Source: Chloroflexota bacterium
Lineage (GTDB): Bacteria; Chloroflexota; Limnocylindria; Limnocylindrales; CSP1-4
DNA: 64,000 bases
Direction: 5' to 3'
NCBI GenBank assembly: GCA_046045415.1
Contig: JBJOLT010000032.1
Location: 4,578 to 68,577, forward strand
Both the position numbers and the translations under genes were made by a program. Shown piece by piece: positions 17,041-24,448 of this stretch (positions are counted from its first letter, which is position 1; every line of letters begins with the position of its first letter). A model generated the notes under the pieces. It was not told the DNA's origin. It saw only the letters and a program-made list of their open reading frames with translations, and made no database searches.

Positions 17041-17724
17041 CTAGTCGCAGGCCCGGGGCCGTGCCGCCGGGTGCGCCGCCTCGTGTGCGGCCGGCCCGCT
17101 GCTGAGGAACGTCGCGAGGACCTGGAGCTTCGGCCGGGTCCCGCGCGGCCCCTCCGACGTCTGCAGCCAGAGCTCCTCGGTCGTCGCCGCGAGCGCGTCG
17201 TCGAGCGTCAGCTGCGACGGCCGGACCTCGGAGATCTCGTACAGGAAGAGCCGGTCGTCGCTCGTGTAGACCTCGACGAGCGCGCCGAGCATCCCGGCGC
17301 CGTCGTCGCGGCGCGACTCCTCGAGCATCGGGAGGAACATCCCCTCGCGGGCGTGGGCGTAGAGGTAGGTCGCCCGTCCCTGGCCGGGCTGGCCGAGCTC
17401 CTGGATGAACATCGCGACGTCGCACGGCGGGTAGGTCGTCTCGTCGCCCGGGGGCGTGATGACGGGGAGGTCGATCCCGAGCGTCGGGACGACGACCCGG
17501 GTCGCGACCCGGTCGCCGCTCGAGCCGACGTACGACCCGTCCGTGTCGGGCGCACCGCTCATCCATGGCGCGTCGCCGTCGGCCGGCGCCGTCGGGGCGG
17601 CCCCGCCCTGCAGCGACGCCTCCGAGCCGAGCGAGACGAGCCCGCCCGCGAGGAGCGTCACCCCTGCGGCCATGAGGAAGGCCGGCGCGAACCGATCCCG
17701 GAGCCAGTCGACGAGCGCACGCAT
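17041..17724 (-). CDS. sortase-fold (sortase-like) membrane-anchored protein with Ser at the catalytic-Cys position; start at internal MRALVDW
   Basis: N-terminal TM anchor. By eye it aligns to sortase: 'RVVVPTLGIDLPV' with the IEIPxxxIxxPV block, 'YLYAHAR' with the AGH block, 'RLFLYEISEVRPSQL' with the RKYKMTSIRDV strand. 'ELWLQTSEGP' sits where sortases carry LTLITC, and 'RPKLQVLATF' carries the conserved Arg. Confidence 0.5.
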   Translation of the reverse strand: MRALVDWLRDRFAPAFLMAAGVTLLAGGLVSLGSEASLQGGAAPTAPADGDAPWMSGAPDTDGSYVGSSGDRVATRVVVPTLGIDLPVITPPGDETTYPPCDVAMFIQELGQPGQGRATYLYAHAREGMFLPMLEESRRDDGAGMLGALVEVYTSDDRLFLYEISEVRPSQLTLDDALAATTEELWLQTSEGPRGTRPKLQVLATFLSSGPAAHEAAHPAARPRACD

Positions 17725-17797
17725 CGCGGCCGCATCGTAGCAGCGCGCCCGATACCGCCCCCGTGGGGCGCCGCCACCCCCTGCTACGCTCCGCCCG

Positions 17798-18457
17798 ATG
17801 CCGTCCCGCCCGCGCCCGCGCGCGCTCCCGCTCGCCTTCGTCGCCGGCGTCTCCGCCGTCGTCGCGGCGTCGATCCTCGCGGTCGTCGCCGGGCCGCCCC
17901 CCGTCCCCGCCGCCCCGGCCGGCTCCCCGAGCCCGATCGGCGCCGCCTCGCCGTCGATCCCCGCGCCGCTCCCGCCGGCCCCGACCCCACCCGCGTCAGA
18001 CCCGGTGCCCGCCGACGCCTTCGGGGTCGGGTCGCGCGCCCCGGCCCTCGAGCTCCGGACCGTCGGCGGCGGCACGATCTCGCTCGCGGCGCTCGCCGGC
18101 CGTCCCGTCTGGATCGTCTTCACCGCGACGTGGTGTCCCTCGTGCCGCGAGGACGCGGCGCTCATGCGCTCGCTCGCCCTCCGGTACCGCTCCACCGGGC
18201 TCGTCGTCGCCGCGGTCCACGTCCGCGAGGACGAGGCGAGCGTCGCCGCGTTCGCCGGGACGCTCGACCCCGCCTACCCGCTCGCGCTCGATCTCGACGG
18301 CGCGGCGGCACGGGACTGGCGGGTCGTCGCACTGCCGTCGCACCGGTTCGTCGACGCGACCGGGACGATCCGGGCCGGCGTCGTCGGGAGCCCGGGACCG
18401 GTGATCCTCGCCGAGGCGCTCGGGGAGATCCTCCCCGGGATCGAGGTGACCCCCTAG
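17798..18457 (+). CDS. TlpA/ResA-like membrane-anchored thiol:disulfide oxidoreductase (thioredoxin fold, WCPSC)
   Basis: Signal/anchor helix, Pro-rich linker, 'IVFTATWCPSCRED' thioredoxin active site. Confidence 0.75.
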   Translation: MPSRPRPRALPLAFVAGVSAVVAASILAVVAGPPPVPAAPAGSPSPIGAASPSIPAPLPPAPTPPASDPVPADAFGVGSRAPALELRTVGGGTISLAALAGRPVWIVFTATWCPSCREDAALMRSLALRYRSTGLVVAAVHVREDEASVAAFAGTLDPAYPLALDLDGAAARDWRVVALPSHRFVDATGTIRAGVVGSPGPVILAEALGEILPGIEVTP

Positions 18458-18463
18458 GCCGGA

Positions 18464-19930
18464 TCAGCCGCCGAAGGCGCGCGCGGCGTCCGCGACGACC
18501 GAGATGAGGAACGACGGGAAGAGCCCGAAGGCGACCGTCCCCACCGTCGTCGCCGCGAGCCCGGCCCAGACGAGGGAGCCGTGGCGGAGCGCGGCGACGT
18601 CGCTCGCCGGCTCGCGCATGTACATGTAGACGACGACGCGGAGGTAGTAGAAGGCGCCCATCGCCGCGTTCAGGACCGCGACGATCGCGAGGAGGCTGAC
18701 CGGCGGTCCGGCCTGGACCGCCGCGAGGATGATGTACGCCTTCCCGAAGAAGCCGGCGGTCGGCGGGATCCCCGTGAGCGAGAGCAGGAAGAGGACCATG
18801 AGGATCCCGAGGAGCGGCTCGCGACGCCCGAGTCCGGCGAAGGTGTCGAGCGAGCTCGTCACCCCCGGGCGCCGCTGGAGCGCGGCGACGACGGCGAACG
18901 CACCGAGGTTCATGAAGGTGTACGCCGCCCCGTAGTAGAGGAGCCCCTCGAGCCCGCCGATCTCCCCGGCCGCGTAGGCGGCGATCCCGACGAGCATGTA
19001 CCCGGTGTGGGCGATCGAGGAGTAGGCGAGCATCCGCTTCACGTTCGTCTGGGCGAGCGCGACGAAGTTGCCGAGCGACATCGTGAGCGCCGCGAGGATC
19101 CAGAAGACCGGGAGCCACTCGGCCTGGAGCGGGCCGAGCGCCTCGACGAAGAGCCGGATGATCAGCGCGAAGGCGCCGACCTTCGGACCGACCGAGAGGT
19201 AGCCGGTCACCGGCGTCGGGGACCCCTGGTAGGCGTCCGGTGTCCAGTAGTGGAACGGGACGGCGGCGATCTTGAAGGCGACGCCCGTCGTCATGAACGC
19301 GAGCCCGATCGCGAGCCCCGCGGAGAGCGGCGCCGTCCCGCCGGCGATCTCGCCGAGCCGGGTGGCCACCCCCTCGATCGAGGTCGTCCCCGCGATCCCC
19401 CAGACGTACGCGAGCCCGAAGAGGAAGATCGCCGAGCTGAACGAGCCGAGGAGGAAGTACTTGATCGCCCCCTCGGTGGAGAGCGCGTCGCGCTTCGCGT
19501 AGCCGGCGAGGAGGTAGCCGGGGAGGACCATGAGCTCGAGGCCGAGGAAGAGGACGAGGAGATCGCCGGAGCCGGCGATCAGCATCGCGCCGCTCAGGGC
19601 GAAGACGAGGACCGCGGCGAACTCGGCGACGGGCAGCTCGCGCGGCTCGAGGTAGTCGGGGGCGAAGAGGAGCGTGAGGGCCCCGATCGTGATGAAGAGG
19701 AGATGGAGGAAGGTCGTCAGGCCGTCGACCCGGTAGCTCCCGCCGAAGGCGCTCCCCGGGGTCGCGCCGACGATGACGGTGAGCGCGGCGACGACCGCGA
19801 GGCCGCCGAACGCCGTGACGAGCGCGGCCGGCCGGTTCCCCGGCACCACCATGTCGACGACGACGATCGCCGCGGCGACGAGGATCGCCGCGACGAGCGG
19901 GGCGATCGTGACGAGGTCGTTCAGGCTCAT
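18464..19930 (-). CDS. nuoN: NADH-quinone oxidoreductase subunit N
   Basis: 488 aa, 14 TM antiporter-like subunit; blocks 'LFLGLELMVLPGYLLAGY', 'KYFLLGSFSSAIFLFGLAYVWG'. Confidence 0.9.
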   Translation of the reverse strand: MSLNDLVTIAPLVAAILVAAAIVVVDMVVPGNRPAALVTAFGGLAVVAALTVIVGATPGSAFGGSYRVDGLTTFLHLLFITIGALTLLFAPDYLEPRELPVAEFAAVLVFALSGAMLIAGSGDLLVLFLGLELMVLPGYLLAGYAKRDALSTEGAIKYFLLGSFSSAIFLFGLAYVWGIAGTTSIEGVATRLGEIAGGTAPLSAGLAIGLAFMTTGVAFKIAAVPFHYWTPDAYQGSPTPVTGYLSVGPKVGAFALIIRLFVEALGPLQAEWLPVFWILAALTMSLGNFVALAQTNVKRMLAYSSIAHTGYMLVGIAAYAAGEIGGLEGLLYYGAAYTFMNLGAFAVVAALQRRPGVTSSLDTFAGLGRREPLLGILMVLFLLSLTGIPPTAGFFGKAYIILAAVQAGPPVSLLAIVAVLNAAMGAFYYLRVVVYMYMREPASDVAALRHGSLVWAGLAATTVGTVAFGLFPSFLISVVADAARAFGG

Positions 19931-19949
19931 CGGCCGCGGGCCTCCGCTG

Positions 19950-21491
19950 CTACCTGGCGATCGTCGCGAGCGCGTCGCCCGCGACCTGCGCGAGGACGCT
20001 CGCGACCGACCCGTCGATCAGGTCGAGGAGGAGGCCCGGGAAGATCCCGAAGACGAGCGTCAGGGCCGCGAGCGGCACGAGCGTCACCACCTCGACCGGC
20101 CGGAGGTCGGTGAGGTGACCGCCGAGGCCGCGGAGGAAGTCGGAGAGCTCCCCGGTGAAGAGCCGCTGGAACATCCAGAGGAGGTACGCGGCGCCGATCA
20201 CCATGACGATCGCCGCGACCGCGGCGGCGAGCGGGTCGTACGCGAAGGTCCCGAGGAGGACGAGGAACTCGCCGACGAAGCCGGAGAGGCCCGGAAGCCC
20301 CGCGGACGCGAAGGCGAAGAAGCCGAACGCCGCGGCGTAGACCGGGGTCGCCCCGGCGAGCCCGCCCATCTTCGCGATCGTCCGGTCGTGCGTCCGCTCG
20401 TAGATGACGCCGACGAGGAGGAAGAGGGCGCCGGTGATCAGCCCGTGGTTCACCATCTGGAGGATCGCCCCCTGGAGCCCCTGCTCCTGGAAGACGAAGA
20501 TCCCGAGGGTGACGAAGCCCATGTGGCTCACCGACGAGTAGGCGACGAGCTTCTTCAGGTCGGGCTGGACGAGCGCGACGATCGCGCCGTAGACGATCGC
20601 GACGAGGCTGAGGACGACGATCGCCGGCCCGAACGCGACGGCCGCCTCCGGGAAGAGCGGGATCGCGAACCGGATCAGGCCGTAGCCGCCGAGCTTCAGG
20701 AGGATCGCCGCGAGGATCACCGAGCCGGCGGTCGGCGCCTCGACGTGCGCGTCGGGGAGCCACGTGTGGAACGGGAACATCGGGACCTTGATGGCGAAGG
20801 CGAGGAAGAAGGCGAGGAAGGCGAGGATGCCGAACGTCCCGTCGAAGCCCCCGGTCGCCGCGAAGGTCGTGAGCTGCTCGACGTCGAACGCGCCGGACCA
20901 GGAGCCGGTCGCGACCTGGTGGGTCCAGGCGCTCGCGATGATCGCGACGAGCATGAGGAGCGACCCGACGAGCGTGTAGAGGACGAACTTGATCGTGGCG
21001 TAGATCCGGTTCGGGCCGCCCCAGATCCCGATGATCAGGTACATCGGGACGAGGACGATCTCCCAGAAGATGTAGAAGAGGAAGAGGTCGAGGGAGACGA
21101 AGACGCCGATCATCCCCGCCTCGAGGACGAGGAAGGAGGCCATGTACTCCTTCACCCGCTCGCCGATCGGCCCGAAGCTCGCGAGGATCGCGATCCAGCT
21201 GATCGTCGTCGAGAGGACGACGAGGACGGCGGCGAGCCCGTCGACCCCCACCTTGTACTGGATCCCGAAGACCGGGATCCACTCGGCGACCTCGACGAAC
21301 TGGTAGCCGGCCGCGTCCGGCCGGAAGCCGGCGAGGAGCGCGAGCGAGACGACCCAGTTCGCGAGCGCCACCACGAGCGCGAGCCGGCGGACCGTCGCGA
21401 CGCTCCCGCGCGGGACGAGCGCGACCGCGACCGCCCCGACGAGCGGGAGGAAGGTGACGATCGAGAGGATCGGGAGGCCGTTCAGCTCCAT
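19950..21491 (-). CDS. nuoM: NADH-quinone oxidoreductase subunit M
   Basis: 513 aa antiporter-like subunit, 'HTWLPDAHVEAPTAGSVILAAILLKLGGYG'. Confidence 0.9.
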   Translation of the reverse strand: MELNGLPILSIVTFLPLVGAVAVALVPRGSVATVRRLALVVALANWVVSLALLAGFRPDAAGYQFVEVAEWIPVFGIQYKVGVDGLAAVLVVLSTTISWIAILASFGPIGERVKEYMASFLVLEAGMIGVFVSLDLFLFYIFWEIVLVPMYLIIGIWGGPNRIYATIKFVLYTLVGSLLMLVAIIASAWTHQVATGSWSGAFDVEQLTTFAATGGFDGTFGILAFLAFFLAFAIKVPMFPFHTWLPDAHVEAPTAGSVILAAILLKLGGYGLIRFAIPLFPEAAVAFGPAIVVLSLVAIVYGAIVALVQPDLKKLVAYSSVSHMGFVTLGIFVFQEQGLQGAILQMVNHGLITGALFLLVGVIYERTHDRTIAKMGGLAGATPVYAAAFGFFAFASAGLPGLSGFVGEFLVLLGTFAYDPLAAAVAAIVMVIGAAYLLWMFQRLFTGELSDFLRGLGGHLTDLRPVEVVTLVPLAALTLVFGIFPGLLLDLIDGSVASVLAQVAGDALATIAR

Positions 21492-21495
21492 CGCG

Positions 21496-23529
21496 TCACC
21501 GCCCCACGATCGCGAGGTACGACGCCGCGACGACGATCAGGCCGACCGCGATCCCGAGCGCGTAGTTCTGGACCCGGCCGGTCTGGATCCGACGGAGCTC
21601 GCGACCGGTCGACGCGGCGAGCGTCCCGATCCCGTTCACCGTGCCGTCGACGATCGCCCGGTCGAACCACCAGAGCGAGGCCGCGACCCGCCCGCCGATC
21701 CGGATGAAGAGGAGGTCGTTCAGCTCGTCGAACCACCACTTGTTCAGCGAGGCCCGGTAGAGGAACGGGGCGCGGGCGCTCAGGGCGGCGACCCGCTCCG
21801 GCCGCGGCTCGGCGCGGATCGGTCCGAGCGAGACGCCGAAGAGCCGCCATGCGACGCCGATCGCGGTGGCCGCGAGGGCGACCGTCAGGAGGATGAGCGC
21901 GCCGTCGACGCCGAAGAGCTCGATCGGCTTCTCCACCGTCCCGAGCATCACCATCGTCTCCTCGAAGATCGGATGGAGCCAGTGGGCGATCGGCGAGTCG
22001 ACCCCGAGCGGGACCCCGAGCGCGACGCCGATCCCGGCCGAGAAGACCGCGAGGACGAGGAGCGGGACCGTCATCGAGCGGGGCGACTCGTGGATCCGCG
22101 GCTCGACCGCCGGGTCGACCCGGCTCGAGCCCCAGAACGTGAGCCCCATGAGGCGGAACATGTAGAAGGCGGTCATCGCCGCGACGACGAGCCCGATCGC
22201 CCAGACGACGTACGCGCCGTTCTTGAAGGCGACGTGGAGGATCTCGTCCTTCGAGAAGAAGCCGGCGAGCGGCGGGATCCCCGCGATCGCGAGCGAGCCG
22301 ATGAGCATCGTCGCGTACGTGATCGGGATCCGCCTCGCGAGCCCGCCCATCCGGCGCATGTCCTGCTCCTCGTGGACCGCGTGGATCACCGAGCCGGAGC
22401 CGAGGAAGAGGAGCCCCTTGAAGAAGCCGTGGGTCATCAGGTGGAAGATCGCCGCGGTCCACGCTCCGACGCCGAGCGCCGCGAACATGTAGCCGAGCTG
22501 GGAGAGAGTGGAGTAGGCGAGGACCCGCTTGATGTCCGTCTGCGTGAAGGCGATCGAGGCGGCGAGGATCGCGGTGAAGATCCCGATCGCCGCGACGATC
22601 GTCATCGCCTCCGGGCTGTGGCCGAAGAGCGGGTTGAGGCGCGCGACGAGATAGACCCCCGCGTTCACCATCGTCGCCGCGTGGATGAGCGCGGAGACCG
22701 GGGTCGGGCCCTCCATCGCGTCGGGGAGCCAGACGTGGAGCGGGAACTGGGCGCTCTTCCCCATCGCCCCCATGAAGATGAGGAGCGCGAGCCCGGTGGC
22801 GACGAGATGATCGAGCTCGTGGACCCGCTCGAGGACCTCGCGGATGTCGAGCGTCCCGAGCGTGACGAAGACCCCCATGATCCCGAGCGCGAAGCCGACG
22901 TCGCCGACCCGGTTCACGAGGAACGCCTTCTTCGCCGCGAGCGCGGCGGAGCGCTTCCGGTACCAGAAGCCGATGAGGAGGTACGAGCTGAGCCCGACGA
23001 GCTCCCAGGCGACGAAGATGACGAGGAGGCTGTCCGCGAGGACGAGGAGGAGCATCGAGAACATGAAGAGGTTCAGGTAGGCGAAGAACCGCCAGTACCC
23101 GGGGTCGTGGCTCATGTAGCCGAGCGAGTAGACGTGGACGAGCATGCCGATCGTCGTCACGACGATGAGGAGGCACGCGGTGAGGTTGTCGACGAAGAAG
23201 CCGGCGCTCACGTCGAAGTCGCCCGCCGGGATCCACTCGAAGAAGGTGATCCCGTAGCCGTGGTGGCCGAACGGGCCCGCACCGGAGATCGAGGCGACGG
23301 CGACCGCCATCGCGGCGAGCCACGAGCCGACGACCACGAGGACGGGGACGAGGCTCGCGGCCCGGATCCCGTAGCTCGCCTGGAGCCGGCGCCCGAAGAG
23401 GGCCGTGAAGGCGAAGCCGGCGATCGGCAGGAGCGCGATCAGCGGGATGAGGAGGTCGTGGATCCCGCCCGAGGCGGCCTCGGCCGTGGCCTCGGCGGCG
23501 GCGAAGAGGGTCGGGAGTCGCTCGGGCAT
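21496..23529 (-). CDS. nuoL: NADH-quinone oxidoreductase subunit L
   Basis: 677 aa, 'HVWLPDAMEGPTPVSALIHAATMVNAGVY', long C-terminal amphipathic helix region. Confidence 0.9.
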   Translation of the reverse strand: MPERLPTLFAAAEATAEAASGGIHDLLIPLIALLPIAGFAFTALFGRRLQASYGIRAASLVPVLVVVGSWLAAMAVAVASISGAGPFGHHGYGITFFEWIPAGDFDVSAGFFVDNLTACLLIVVTTIGMLVHVYSLGYMSHDPGYWRFFAYLNLFMFSMLLLVLADSLLVIFVAWELVGLSSYLLIGFWYRKRSAALAAKKAFLVNRVGDVGFALGIMGVFVTLGTLDIREVLERVHELDHLVATGLALLIFMGAMGKSAQFPLHVWLPDAMEGPTPVSALIHAATMVNAGVYLVARLNPLFGHSPEAMTIVAAIGIFTAILAASIAFTQTDIKRVLAYSTLSQLGYMFAALGVGAWTAAIFHLMTHGFFKGLLFLGSGSVIHAVHEEQDMRRMGGLARRIPITYATMLIGSLAIAGIPPLAGFFSKDEILHVAFKNGAYVVWAIGLVVAAMTAFYMFRLMGLTFWGSSRVDPAVEPRIHESPRSMTVPLLVLAVFSAGIGVALGVPLGVDSPIAHWLHPIFEETMVMLGTVEKPIELFGVDGALILLTVALAATAIGVAWRLFGVSLGPIRAEPRPERVAALSARAPFLYRASLNKWWFDELNDLLFIRIGGRVAASLWWFDRAIVDGTVNGIGTLAASTGRELRRIQTGRVQNYALGIAVGLIVVAASYLAIVGR

Positions 23530-23535
23530 CGGCCG

Positions 23536-23847
23536 CTACTCCCGCATCGAGGCGTACTCGTCGACGAGCGGCGTCCGCCGGTTCCGGTAGATCGCGATGA
23601 CGATCGCGAGCCCGACGGTCGCCTCGGCGGCCGCGACCGCCATGACGATGATCACGATGACCGCGCCCTGGCTCGCGAGCGCCGGGATGAACGCGCCGAA
23701 GGCGAGGATCGCGAGGTTGACGGCGTTCAGCATCAGCTCGATCGACATGAGCATGCTGATCGCGTTCCGGCGGGCGAGGAACCCGAACGTCCCGATCGCG
23801 AAGAGGAGCGACGCGAGGATGAGGTACGCGTCGAGCGAGTCGGTCAC
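23536..23847 (-). CDS. nuoK: NADH-quinone oxidoreductase subunit K
   Basis: 103 aa, three TM helices, 'LMSIELMLNAVNLAILAF...AAAEATVGLAIVIAIYR'. Confidence 0.9.
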   Translation of the reverse strand: MTDSLDAYLILASLLFAIGTFGFLARRNAISMLMSIELMLNAVNLAILAFGAFIPALASQGAVIVIIVMAVAAAEATVGLAIVIAIYRNRRTPLVDEYASMRE

Positions 23848-24380
23848 GCGCTCCCCTCGTCATCGCGGCGCGCGAGGAAGATCCCGCCGATGACCGCGGC
23901 GAGGAGGAGGACGCTGACGATCTCGAACGGAAGGACGAACGACTCGAAGAGCGTCCTCGCGATCTCGTTCGTCGACGCCGGGACCGCCTCGTCGACCTCG
24001 CCCCAGTCGGTCGCGACGGCGGCGAGCGCCATGACGGCGGCGAGGACGACGGCCGCGATCGCGGCCGGGATCGCCTGGGTCTGGAAGACGAGCCGAGCGG
24101 GCGCCGCCTTCGACTGGGTGAGCATGACGGCGAAGAGGATGAGGACGCTGATCGCGCCGATGTAGACGAGGACCTGCGCGGCGCCGACGAGCGGGGCGCC
24201 GAGGAGGATGTAGAGGCCGGCGAGGCCGCCGAAGCAGACGATCATCGCGAGGCCGCAGCGGATGATGTCGCGCATCGTCACGACGAGGAGGCCGGCGACG
24301 AGCATCAGCCCCGCGAACGCGAGGAAGAGGACGTCCTCCCACGGGATCCCGACGATCGGGACCGTTGCCGATAGCGCCAC
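23844..24380 (-). CDS. nuoJ: NADH-quinone oxidoreductase subunit J (deduced GTG start preceded by GAGGGAG)
   Basis: 178 aa C-terminal part of the over-extended 1193-aa ORF; 'VLFLAFAGLMLVAGLLVVTMRDIIRCGLAMIV...VLVYIGAISVLILFAVML' NuoJ-like; ATGA overlap with nuoK. Confidence 0.8.
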   Translation of the reverse strand: MALSATVPIVGIPWEDVLFLAFAGLMLVAGLLVVTMRDIIRCGLAMIVCFGGLAGLYILLGAPLVGAAQVLVYIGAISVLILFAVMLTQSKAAPARLVFQTQAIPAAIAAVVLAAVMALAAVATDWGEVDEAVPASTNEIARTLFESFVLPFEIVSVLLLAAVIGGIFLARRDDEGSA

Positions 24381-24448
24381 CCAGCTCCCTCTCTCGTGCT
24401 CAGCCGGCTCGTGCCGGTCGTCCCATCCCCGACCGGCGCTCCGGGACC

